Below are positions 24,290-36,002 of a stretch of DNA of 51,206 nt, piece after piece. The notes below the pieces were generated by a model. It was not told the origin of the DNA, ran no database searches, and worked only from the letters and a program-made list of their open reading frames with translations. Positions within the stretch are counted from its first letter, which is position 1. The number at the start of each line of letters is the position of its first letter. The position numbers were made by a program, and so were the translations under genes. The DNA is from Psammoneis japonica (lineage: Eukaryota). The stretch is from positions 434,001 through 485,206 of the forward strand of contig QPGO01000049.1 of assembly GCA_008632985.1 (NCBI GenBank). The letters run 5' to 3'.

Positions 24290-25210
24290 TGACACCAAGG
24301 ACAAAGTCTGTGTGGAGCTTTCCAAGGGTTCTCAGCCAAGAAGATCCGTTGCCGATTTGGCACTGAAACTGTTGAAAGGCCTGTGTGGCCTTCATGATCA
24401 GCCTCCCAAGTGTTTCTGTGGAAAGCTGCGTGACGGATCACTCAAAAGAGATTGGGTCCAGTCCGCTGTTGACCCTTGTCTTCATTTCAAAAGAAGGGTG
24501 TGCCATGTGTGGCGCACGTTGATGATGCCGTGTTTGCTGGTGCACCCACTCAAGAACTTGAAGCAAACAGAGACACATTGCCAAATTGGGCATCTCTGAT
24601 GGCGGGCAATGCCATGTCTTTGACCTGTGTGGTGAAGGCACAAAGTTGGTGACTTTTTGGGCGTCAAGATCCAGAAGCTCAAGAGCAGCTGGCTCTTCCT
24701 TCTTGACCTGGCCTGGCCCAACTGAGAAAGTGCTGCGTGCCACCAAGATGTGGAAAACTGCAATGGAGCTCCTGCTCCTGCACTTCCCACACCTGTTGGC
24801 GGCAACTTTGCTGAAGGCCTGCCATTGGATGAACCCTGCAACTGTTGCCCCGTGGTCGGCACGCTGATGCACCCAGCATCTGACAGCCACCCAAATGCTG
24901 CCCATCCACTGTCCATCAAATTGTGCAGTTCTCCTGTGCTCCCAAAGCCTCGCACACTGTTGCCATCAAACACACTCTTTGTCGCTTGAAGGGTGCCACC
25001 AACAAGGGGCTCATCCTTGCACCCACCACTGACCGTCATCTGGACAGCTGCATTGGCGCTGATTCTGTGGGACTCTTCTGTGCTGAAGACAGGCAGGACC
25101 CAATGTCCATCAAGCCATGCATCGGACATGTCATTTGTCATGTCAGATGTCCCGTCATCTGGGTGTCCAAGAAGCTGCAGAACCTGGCAGCTCTTTCTGA
25201 CTCTCACCCA
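24290..25210 (+). mobile_element. Degenerate Ty1/Copia RT-RNase H remnant
   Basis: VCVELSKG, LKLLKGLCGL (cf. LKL.KSLYGL), WVQSAVDPCLHFK, LKGATNKGLILAPT, SCIGADSVGL..EDRQDP.SIKP.IGHVI..RCPVIWVSK (cf. YVDADFAGL...ED..DP.SVKSRTGYVI...CPVIWVSK). Expected Tyr appear as Cys/His. Confidence 0.85.
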
Positions 25211-28200
25211 AGTGATGTGTGAAAGGCACTGAAAAGCAGCTCCTGGTTCAAAGGGCAAAGGAAAAGGGTCCCATGTGTGTCTGCATGTTGGCAACTTCAC
25301 ATGGTTGACCTGCACATTTCTCTGAGCTCTGCCTCCATTGCTGTGCTTCCATTTTGCAGAGCTGCGGGCATCTCTTGAGTGCCTGTCATTGCAGGCCACA
25401 GAGTGCCCAACTTTCAAGTGCCAAAAAACAACAGCGAGGTCTGCAAGAAGATCCTCTCTGGTGACCACAAATGGGGCCTTCTCACTCAGGCTGACTTGGT
25501 GCTCTTGTTTGCCCATCATCTGTCCAACCTTCTGGCATTGTTTGTGGTCACATCCAAAGAGTGAAATCTTGCTCACTCACTCATTTTGCTTTTCTTCTTG
25601 CCTCTCAGAAGCACAGGCCAGATTGAGACAGCCACCACGAGTGTGACACAGTGCTGAAGCCAAGCATCCTGCACTGCTGGGTGGCAACAATGCAAACCCA
25701 TTACAAAGCATGTGATGTTTGGTGTGCTGTCAGAGCCATTGCCAAACAACAGCAACATTCCTGTTGATCCAGAGTTTCCGAAATGGCAATTGGGTGTTGT
25801 GTGTGTCGAATGTGAAATTTGCAATCTCAGCTTGAACGTGTGCTGACTTTGAAGAAAACAGCGCATGCATCACAAAATTGTCGCCAAGAAGAACAAAGCA
25901 AGAAATGGGAAAATGGGTGAAAGTTGGTGAAAGTGCCACTGAGATGTCATGCCATAAAGTGAGACACCTCAATTGCATGTGGATGGAGGTGCAGTCTCTG
26001 TTGCTGAAGTGGTGCCCATTTCTTCAAACCCTTCACCGCACCCAAGCATCACCCATGCTGCAACATTCAGCTGGAGCTGTGAGACTCTCACAGCAGTTGC
26101 TGCAGCCAGGGGAGCCAATGACTGCTCACCCCAGGCTCACCCCCAGCGTGACTTCAAGGAAGATCTCTGCAGGACACTTGTGGTGAGCCCCATTGTCAGC
26201 ACATTGCCCCAAGTGGCAAGGCTGGCAGTGTGCGCTTTGTTCCAGTGAAAATGGGGATGATGAACTTAAAATTTGTGCCATGTGTGGCCAGTCATGTCAT
26301 GGCAAATGGGTGTGAATGAAATCAGTGGGGAGGGGTTTGGAATTTGGATGTTTTTTTAGAGTTCCACAGCGAAGCTGCTTCTGAAGTGTCAAAAGATCTC
26401 ATTGCCGCGTGGCTCTTCCAATTGTTTTGTGGGTGTTTTGCCAGTCACAGAATCTGTGGTTTTTGTCTCAGCAACATTTTCAGTGGCCAATGGCAAGTTG
26501 TGGATGTTGACATTTTGAGTGAAATGAGCTTTTGAAGGAAGCTCCTTGTTGAGTGTTTAGATGCACACTCCTCTTGATTGATGTCTTCAGTGTTGCCATC
26601 TTCACATTCAATGCCAAACATGGGTGATCCAGTTTCTGTGTTCTTCATCATGCATTTGACAACACCGCTGCAAAAACACCACTTGGAAAATTGGACATTC
26701 GCCTTGGGTTTCTGACCTGGATCTTTGGCTGGCATCTTGCCACTGCCATTCTCAGAATCATCAGGACCAGAGAGCCCATGCTCACTCTGGCTGGAAGGAT
26801 CTCCAACTTGAGTGATCCATGCAGTGATGGTTTCAACGGCATGATCCTTGCATGCTTTGGCAGATCAGGCTTTCCATTCTTGGGAGAGTCCATTCTCACT
26901 CTGGCTTGGAGGAGGAAAAGCCGCCATTTTCTCTGACTTGGGCCGGGCAATCCATCCAGCAATGCTTCCAGCAACAATGGTGTGTCCCTTGTGTGCTTTG
27001 GTGGATCAGAACCTCTCCATGCGGGTGCAGCTGGAGAATGTGATGCTGCACCAGATTGCTTTGGCTCTGCACCAAGTCTCTGGACTTTGGTGTGGTCAGC
27101 ATCATTGGCACTGGCTTGCTTCTCAAAGAAATCTGAGGTGCTTTCCAACACACTCAAGGCCACTGCAACAACTTTGGTCTGAACTCTTGATTTTACATCA
27201 TGGTTGATGCAGACGACACATGACTGGCCGACCCAACCAAAACAGCCGGCAAAGCTGGAAGGGATCATCATTTTGGGGAAGACGGGCAACTTGGGGTTGT
27301 CTTGGCCAGGTTTCTTACAGGTGATGCCCCAGTGCTTGTTGCTGTGGAAGTGTCCAGCAATGTGCTTCAACATGGAGCAGTGGCAGGGCATCCAACATTG
27401 AAACAGCCAGCCGTGCACACATGTGTCTGTTCGCTGAGTGGGCTGCAGCAGCCAAATTGCATTTCTTAGAAAGGGTGGCAGCATCAGGCATGTTTCTCAG
27501 CAGGTCTGGCAGCAATGGCAAAATGAGAGCACAAGACGTGCATTGTCCCACAACAAAAAATCTCAGAGGATGCTGCCAGCTGGCTGTCACCTGGCCTTGT
27601 GCCGTGGCTGCGACAATGCCAGCCAAATCTGGGCCCAAGAGAAAACAACAAAAGAGGGTCAGAACCTGTGTGGAGCTGATGAAGCAAAATGCTGGCATTG
27701 CTCAACTTGACCACATTGAGCATTGAGGACAGTGATGCCCAGGTGGAGGATGACCCCAGTGGTGTCACGAGGTGGGTTTGCCAGAGGAGGGAGGGTGGGC
27801 GCTGGGCGCAGGAGGAGGCGCGGCCTGGAAGATTGGCTTCACAATGCTCTTGCAGTGTTTGTGGAACATGGTGGTGCGCACCAACCTCCAGTTTCCGCTC
27901 AGATTCTGGGCTCTGTCCACGTGTTCTGGCGAGACAATTTCCATGAGCGAACATAATGTCAGGGCTGCGAGGGTTGTGCACATGGCCCAAAAGTTCCCCG
28001 GCATCATCACCTTCATTCCACCTGTGCGTCCTGCAGCCACTGTTGTTGTTTGCAGCCATGGCTGCTTGCAAGCAGCATGCAGGTCTGGCAGCAACAACAA
28101 AATGAGAGCACAAGACGTGCAGCACTCGGCTGTCATCATGTGATGTGATGGAGGCGAGCCAACACAGGCAACCATGACAGACTGAAAACACGGCTCATGC

Positions 28201-28574
28201 CGCACAGTCATGCTTGAGCAGTCGTGTGCAGTGCTTGGTTGTTGCGGTGCCACGTGAAGGAGGCTCAGCCACTGGAACAATCACAGGCTGGCCACAAACA
28301 ACACCAGGCAAGATTTGAGCATGAGCGCCACCTTGCCACTGACCGCATTGCAGCCGTTGTGATGACTGTGTGTTGTTGTTGCCTTTCGCTCACTGGGGAA
28401 AGCAACGACATGGCAGCAGGCATCGCATTGGCATCATCAAGCACACCAGCACTCCCCTTGCAGTTCATTAGAAAATCAGCATGCAAGGGAAAGGAGGCAG
28501 CACTGCTTGGCGGCATCCACTGGCAAACTCAAGAAATCCAATGAAACTGTCGAGGGTGCTGTTGCCGGGCTGGT

Positions 28575-29130
28575 GAAATGTCAGGATGCCATTGCCAAGC
28601 TGGCAAACCACATTCGAACTCTCAAGAACACCATGGTGGAATGTCAGGGTGCCATTGCCAAGCTGGTGGAATGTCAGGATGCCATTGCTGAGCCAGCAAA
28701 CTGCTTTCAGACTCTCAAGAACACCATGGCAGAACATCAGGATGCCATTGCTGAGCTGGTGGAATGTCAAAATGCCATTGCCAAGCTGGCAGACCACACT
28801 CAGACTCTCAAGAACACCATGGCAGAATGTCAGGATGCCATTGCCGAGCTGGTGGAACATCAGGATGCCGTTGCTGAGCTGGCACACCACTTTCAGACTC
28901 TTGAGAACACCGTGTCGGATTGTCAGGGTGCCATTGCCGAGCTGGCAGACCAAGTTTGGACTCTCAAGAACACCATGTTGGGTCATCAGGATGCCATTGC
29001 CAAGCTGGCAGAATGTCAGGATGCCATTGCCGAACTGGCAGACCATGTTCGGACTCTCGAGAACACCATGTCGGATTGCCAGATGCCTTTGCCGAGCTGG
29101 CAGAATGTCAGGATGCCATTGCCAAGCTGG
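28575..29130 (+). repeat. Tandem coding-like repeat (27- and 60-bp modules) reading as a coiled coil, E(C/H)QDAIA(K/E)L..TLKNTM
   Basis: About 12 copies of (tgt/cat)caggatgccattgcc(a/g)agctgg, interleaved with actctcaagaacaccatg; open frame 28507-29154. Confidence 0.85.
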
Positions 29131-29369
29131 GGCAGTGCGTGCAAGGGTCTCTGAAGCCAGCGAGGTCAAAGATTTGGCACAAGGTGACGCCGCGTGTGAG
29201 AGATCCACCCAGACAAGAAAGAGCTGAGAGACAAAAAAGGCGCAGCTTGAGACAGGCTTTGGGCTGGGTGCGCCAAGACATGTCGTTCTTTCTGGCAATT
29301 GGCTCACACAGGTTTGCACATGAGGAAAAAAGAGCACACATGCAGAGGTCAGCAATGTTGAATGACACC

Positions 29370-29560
29370 TTGGAAGTTTGCGCGAACGTGCAGACATGCC
29401 CTCAATGCCAAATCCCATTGACAAACCACGACTTGCAACAAAACCCATGGAAAAATTTTGCTCAACTTGGGACATTTGGCATTTGAAGCAAAAAAAAAAT
29501 TTGGGGTCCTTGCTTGGACAGTTCATTGACTTTTCTCACATCGTTGGAGACAGCTCATCG
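29370..29560 (+). repeat. Dispersed ~110-190 bp repeat, copy 1
   Basis: tgcagacatgccctcaatgccaaatcccattgacaaaccacgactt...aaaattttgctcaact...ggacagttcattgacttttctcacatc recurs at 31075-31365. Confidence 0.8.
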
Positions 29561-31074
29561 ACTTTTCTTGCATGGGTCATTGGGTCAGGGTCAGAGGGTT
29601 GGGGCCAGCTGTGTTGAACATCAGGCAAGATTTGAGCAGCTTGTGAGCAGAAATTCTTGATTTGCGGTCACCGTCAACACAGATGACACACGACTGCTGT
29701 CAGCTGACCCTGCCAAAACACCCGGCGAATTTGCTCATGTGGCCTCGTGTGCCCTGCTGGTGGCATGAGCTCAGCTGGCAGGCAGCTCTGGTGTGCCTTG
29801 CATCACCACCGCCACCTGCACAGACACTCGCTTGCACCTGGTGTTTTCCATTTGTCAAGTGGCTGCTCGCAACAGTGTGCTGTTCCAACTCCAGTGGGGC
29901 CAGCATCATCTGGCACACACCTGCAAATTGCCGCCTTTGCCGCGACGCTCCAAACACTTGCGCAGCTGCAAAAATTGAAAACTGCCCTTCTGCTGTGGGG
30001 CGAATGTTCTCATCTCCACACTCGATCACCAACGCTCTTCTGTTTGGCAGTGTGTCAGCAGCACTCATCGACAATGTGTCACAGAGTCTGTGCAAGTGCC
30101 AAAAAACAAAGCTTGTGCATCAAGCGCGCAGCAGCAGCGCATCAACAGTGCCTTGCGAACCCCAGCCCTGGCCCAGGCAAGGGGCTCCAACTCGGGATGC
30201 AAAACATCTGAAAGTGCTCCAAATCAAACCCAAGAATCTCTTTGTTGGGTGACCCTCAGCCCCTGCGCAAATGCCCGACAGTTGTTGCGCTGCTCCGTCA
30301 TTGTTGCCTTCTTGGCTTGTTCAGGGGGAAGTGCCGACATGAAAGAAAAAAACAGGAACCAGGAAGGGCCGCCCCAAAAGCCCGGAGACGAGCACACACA
30401 TGCAGCGCCACTTCTTTGAGGCCACTGCTTTTGTGCCGCGGCAGCGTGTTGTTTGTGAGCTTGGTCTGCAAAAGTGTGTGCTTGCAGCTCCTGCAGATTG
30501 GAGCTTGGCGGCGATTGTGGGGGCACCTGGCAACCGTGTTGTTGTTGCAATGAAACCTGTGGAGGAACTTTCTTTCATTAACGCCGCCGTGTCTGTCGCT
30601 CAACTTGCAAATGTGCCTGCTTGACATGAGCAGCTGCGATGGACTGACTTCGATGCGCACATGCCGAGTGAGCTCCTCTTCCATTGTGGGCCACCCTCAC
30701 ATCATTGATTTCCCTGAGGGCAAGCTTCGCATCTGTCTGGGGTGCAAGCAAGGGTGGGGGGGTGATGGAGGCGGGCATCCGAGATGATGAGGTGGTCCGA
30801 CAGCAGGGCTCAACTTTTTGCACCCCATGTCTCTGGCTCTTTTCCACACAGCCTTTTCATCTTTCTTTTGGCCTTGCGCCGCAGGTGGCAACGGCGGTGG
30901 ACAGGGCACTGCTTTCATTTGAGAGCTTGGGTGCAGCACTCTTGGCCCACAAGTTGTTTTTTTCTCAGAGGCCAATGTGGCATGATCGCTCGGGTGGTGG
31001 GGATCTGGTGGTTGATCTCTTGACAGCCGAGGTGTCATCATTGGACTTGGAACTTGACTGGGGGGTTTCTTCAA

Positions 31075-31365
31075 CTTGCAAATTTGCGTGAACTGGGCAC
31101 ATGCAGACATGCCCTCGATGCCAACTCCCATTGACAAATCACGACTTCCAAAAAAAACATGAAAAATTTTTTGCTCAACTCAGGACATTCAGCGACTTCA
31201 ACTTGGAAATTTGCATGAACTGGGCACACCCTGATGTGCCCTCGATGCCAACTCCCATTGACAGATCATGACTTAAAAAAAAAAAAACATGAAAAAATTT
31301 TTGCTCAACTCAGGGCATTTAGGAATCGTTGCGTGGACAGTTCATCGACTTTTCTCACATCATTG
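31075..31365 (+). repeat. Same dispersed repeat, two tandem copies
   Basis: Copies at ~31075-31190 and ~31201-31365 share aaatttgc.tgaactgggcaca...tgccctcgatgccaactcccattgaca...gctcaactcagg.catt. Confidence 0.8.
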
Positions 31366-32399
31366 CGTCAATGTTGTCAGTTCATTGGACACAACGTTGT
31401 CATCGAAGCAAGGCTCAAGCTGTGACACGGCAGATGCATGGACGACGATGCTGCTCAACTGCTTTTGGGTCAGGAGAAACTTTTTAGGGCCCATGACACT
31501 TTTGACCTGAGCCATGGTGATCCCCGAATTGACTGACACCCACAATTTAAGAAGTTGACAATGCACCACCCCGACTTCCGGTCGCCACGGTTGCACGCAA
31601 ACACAGAACTGGGCTTTGGACCCAGCTGCATATCAATTTCATATTCACGTGCATTGCTGCGATTTAACAACAGCGAAGAAAGATTTATCTCACAGTGAAT
31701 CAAGCGCATCAATGTGTGAATGCAACATTGAATCAATCTAACAATCACAATCAACATGCTCTGCAGCATTTAGAAAACACCTCAATGTGTGAATCCAACA
31801 TTAAATCAATGCGCAGATAGCTGTTGGAGATAGAATTTGTGCCAAAATTCCTATCCCTTAAAGTGATAATTTCTATCTCCAAAAGACATCTCGTGAAGGA
31901 CCCATGTCCCTCACCGAATCTCCGGTTGCCCTCGCTGCGTGTTTGATCCTGTTGGTGCATCTGTGCGAGGGGTGTCCGATGATCCTATTTATGGCCTCTC
32001 TGCGCGTGGCTGGCGTCTCTGCGCCTGTACGTTTTACTACGCTTCTTGCGTTTGACTTCGTTTCTTCATGTATGATTACGATCATACTTTGTTCCTTGAA
32101 GGAACGCTCATCTGACTCCTCATTGAAAGAGATCAGGAATTGCTCATTGCATAAGACAATCAATTTTTGCAGCGTTATTCAACAGTGCTACCTTTCCATT
32201 TCATACACCAAAAATAGTGAACAAACGAAAACAAAAGAGCCTGATGAAATGAAAACAGAAGGTTTTCAGTGAAAAGAATTTGGAGTTTCGGGTTATGGCT
32301 GGGTTTCCAAAGTCTTTACCGTACCATGGGTGTGATAAAAGATGTCAAAAACATTTGCTCAAGTGAACAAGCACATTAAATGATTGATTATAAAGCCAT

Positions 32400-32640
32400 T
32401 GGATCGTCGGTTAGCGGCCTTTTTTAAATAGCTTTATGATTTTTACTGTTTTTCCGTACTTCACCCATGCTATTTTGCGATGCCTCTGACCATCCCAAAA
32501 CATTTACGAATGTAGTGCACATAAGCCGTAACTTTTCAGGAAATGACGATCTTTGGCATTTGACCGGCTATAGACATATCATTCTCTTTCTATGATGTCT
32601 TACGAATGGACAATAAAACCAACCGCAAACCGACGATCCA
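32400..32640. mobile_element. MITE-like element, 241 bp, 18-bp terminal inverted repeats
   Basis: tggatcgtcggttagcgg ... ccgcaaaccgacgatcca (17/18 match), AT-rich non-coding interior, no clear TSD. Confidence 0.5.
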
Positions 32641-34282
32641 GCCTAAATTGCCTGAGATGGACGTTTTGCGAATGCACTGGTATGCGTGTTAATAGCATGA
32701 GATTGACGTTTTAAGAAATATAAATTTACCTGCATCTGTTTCTGACACTATTCAACAATTGAAAGAAGAAGCAATATTTTGAAAGATCGATGAAAGCACG
32801 ATGGAATGCTACATCTCGATCAAAAATGAGGGGCTGCTTTAGAGACTGGTATGAATTTACGTGGGTACTTGCTGTGTAATTGAAAGCACGATGAAAGCAT
32901 GATGGAATTTTGAAGAGCATTTTACGTACTTCCTTTGTGGGGATACTCTGCTGTGCCGGTGCTCGGGAGAAATGGCACCGTCATGGTGGCTTCTTTCTTT
33001 GCACCCATCTCCCGACTGCCAGTATATTTCCTACGTCAATTTTCTACGCAAGATACTTCAACGTTGCTTCATTTCCCGTTGCTTCATTTCCCGCCCTTTT
33101 TTCTACAGTCTTATCAACTTTCCTTCCTTACTTTACTATGGATTATCAAGATTCATCTAGAACAAAGCACAAACTTTCCTTTACCGTTTCTTTTCGATTG
33201 TCACGACAAGAAAATTCTCACCTACTGTTCTACGGTGAACGAAACCTTTTTGGACGTGTTATATTTTCGACACTGGGTGTGGTTGTTGGGATCTTTCCAT
33301 TCTTCGATCGCAGTCAGCTGTGTAAGAAAAGCATCCGGTCAATTTCCTGTCTCGACTTGAAATACAAAACCGATAGCTTATCCAATCATTAGTTCCTGCT
33401 GCATGGTTTGGTCAATCTAGAGGACTTGTGTCTAGACGCGACAGCACTTGAAATATAGACTTTTTTGTTTTTACTTGCTACATATTTAAAATCACGATGA
33501 ACGAACCATGGAAATTTGATTAAGACTCCTGTAACTGTCAGGTTTGCCACCACTGTCGCACGCTGGAAAGCGATTATTCACTGTTACAAAAATTTTCTTT
33601 CTAAAGTAATGTGAGTTTTTTTATGAAGGATTGTCACTGTGGAAAAGATAGGTTGCAAATGCTGTAAGATTAAAAGCACTTTAATTAAGCTAAAGATGAT
33701 TTCTTGTTGAACAAGTCACATGCAGCCTTTGCCGCCACCAATTTTTTTAGAATTCTCTTCTGGATGGCTCGAATGATTTTCTTGTTGCACTTGCCAATGT
33801 TGAAGAGACCTTTTAAGCAAAATTTTAATGACGAAAAATGCCAAAATTAATAACGAAACTCTTCTATTTAACTAAATGTGGGCTTTTACGACCCCTAGAC
33901 TTTTGATTAATGGCAATGCAAGCCCTTGGACAGATTATGCACCTGAAGTTTGGACAACTGCGAATAGATCCGTGCTATATAATAGACGTGGACGACACAT
34001 CTGAATAGGCGAGGGCAACAGGATAGAAAGTGACGCACAGACGCGTACATGTAGGATCCATGGAAAAGTGACTTTTGGTGACAATTTCCCCAGCATCTTC
34101 GGTCCTATTCAAAATTTCTGATTTCTGGCATTGCTTCAAGAGTGTCTAGACTAAATAGGGTTAGGGTATAATATCTATGGGTCGACATGTACTGAATGTG
34201 TCAAAAAAAGTAGGATTAAAATTAATCATGAGTTGAATAGAGAAATACCGGGACAAAATGTTTTGTCTCGCGGGTACGGACT

Positions 34283-34796
34283 TGCTCATCTCAGGACACA
34301 CACTCGTCAGATGGCTCAAATGATATTGTTGCTCATCTCACTACATACACTCGCCATTGCTCATGTTGAAGACGCCTTCATAGTTGGTTCAGACTGGCTC
34401 GAATGACTTTGTTGCTCATCTCAGCTAGAGTCAATCCCAAAATAAGACCCGGCACAAATTAAGACCCGCGTGGGTCGAGAGGCATCGCGTTCGAAACAGC
34501 GCGACGAGAGCATTCGATTGCCGGCTCGTCGGACATTTTGGTTCGCGCGCTGAAACTCATGAACGGGATTTGAAAAAAAGGCGAGGATTTTTTGTGACAA
34601 GTTCAATGAGTTCTTTCATATCCAGGCATGAAATCATGAAATGCGCGGACACTGTGGCGTCTACATGGATGGAGATCTTAGGTGGGTCTTAATTTGGGAT
34701 TGACTCCATGCACTCACCATTGCCCGCAGAGTCCTTTTATATTGGTTCAGAATGGCATGAACGATTTTGTCAGCTCATCTCAGGACACACACTCGG
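34283..34796 (+). repeat. Local dispersed repeat gctcatctca...cactc, four copies, one interrupted by the 279-bp MITE
   Basis: Copies near 34284, 34331, 34414 (continuing at 34707) and 34773; related flanking sequence at ~33760-33812. Confidence 0.7.
34428..34706. mobile_element. MITE, 279 bp, 23-bp terminal inverted repeats
   Basis: gagtcaatcccaaaataagaccc ... gggtcttaatttgggattgactc (22/23). Removing it restores a unit of the surrounding repeat (gctcatctcagcta|catgcactc). Confidence 0.75.
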
Positions 34797-34830
34797 CATC
34801 CTCCCTGTCTCCAGATGATGTGTCCCCATG

Positions 34831-35128
34831 CACCTGCAAAAGATGTTGAGTGAACAGGGTTGGACTCGAAATAATGCCAAAAGATTATGATGGTGATGCT
34901 GGTTCAGTATGCTGCAGTTATGGAAAAGATATCCGACAATCTTTATTGCCATGCGCATCAAGTTCTCGGGAGTGGTTCACCTGCAAAAGATGTTGAGTGA
35001 ACAGAGGTTGGACTCGAAATAATGCCAAAAGATTATGATGATGAAGCAGGTTCAGTATGCTGCAGTTATGGAAAAGATATCCGACAAATCTTTATTGCCA
35101 TGCGCATCAAGTTATCGGGAGTGGTTCA
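34831..35128 (+). repeat. Tandem duplication, ~147-bp unit x2
   Basis: cacctgcaaaagatgttgagtgaacag...catcaagtt.tcgggagtggtt starts at 34831 and again at 34978. Confidence 0.9.
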
Positions 35129-35328
35129 CGCCAAGTATACGGTAGTAGCCACTCTCGCCGAGTCATTGAGAACAAGAGAAAGTCAGCCTTGGCTCTTCGT
35201 TTCAAATTTTGAAATGATGTGTTGGCTTGTGAAAGCATGTCAAACGATGAAACGTTGCCAAAGAGAACTCTCTGCTCGCTAATGCTTTTATGTCTCTGGA
35301 ACTCCTCTAATGGCATACTATATGTTAA

Positions 35329-35861
35329 CACGGGATCCGCGGATGCACCAGGGGAATCTGCGAAATGCGGGATGAAAGGGGAAAGGGGCAAATGTGAATG
35401 GTGGAAAAGTGACATGCTATTATTTTACCTTGAGGGACCCTTTAGTCAGCCAAACACGCTTATTGCTGATTTGACCCTCGTAGGTCCGTCCTTTCGGGGG
35501 TCGTTAAATTGTGGAGCAGACGCGGTCTCGAGAAATAATTTTATATATTATATATATGACCATTAATATTATATAAATCTGAAAACGACACACATAAAAA
35601 ACGCGCACGTACGTTTTTCAACTTTATATAACCTTCATAGCCAAATATATTATATAACGATTAATCCTCAAGACGCGTCCCGTCACAACATTTTGACACC
35701 CCCCATAAGACGGACCTATGATGGTCAGATGACAAATGTGCGTGTTCGGCTCACTAAAGGGACCCTTAAGGCACAACAATGGCCCCTTACTTTCCCAACA
35801 TTCCCATTTGCCCCTTTCCCCTTTCATCCCGCAATTCCCGGGTGCACCCGTGGATCCCGTG
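35329..35861. mobile_element. piggyBac-like non-autonomous foldback element/MITE, 533 bp, TTAA TSD
   Basis: TTAA|CACGGGATCC ... GGATCCCGTG|TTAA, with TTAA at 35325-35328 and 35862-35865. Imperfect inverted arms extend ~200 bp or more on each side. Confidence 0.8.
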
Positions 35862-35978
35862 TTAATTTCAATTCCTGCTTTTGTAGCATGGCTCTCCCCT
35901 TTCAACCCAGTCGTAAATGTCTTGCTTATTCTGAATAGCCTCCGTGTCGTTTGAGATGCACCCTTCTAGAGCGACTGT

Positions 35979-36002
35979 CCTAACCCCAACCCTAACCCTA
36001 AA
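35979..36002. repeat. Short interstitial telomere-like (CCCTAA)n tract
   Basis: cctaaccccaaccctaaccctaaa, about 4 units with one imperfect. Confidence 0.5.

Noticed and set aside
28575..29130. CRISPR-like repeat-spacer array
   Set aside because: The intervening segments are themselves repeated and in frame, the context is eukaryotic, and no cas genes are present.
32910..33392. Phe-rich ORFs in the AT-rich island
   Set aside because: No motifs or splice signals recognised; the composition reflects T-rich non-coding DNA.
35219..35905. Two similar ORFs on opposite strands (35219-35566 +, 35624-35905 -) as paralogous genes
   Set aside because: They are translations of the two arms of the foldback MITE.
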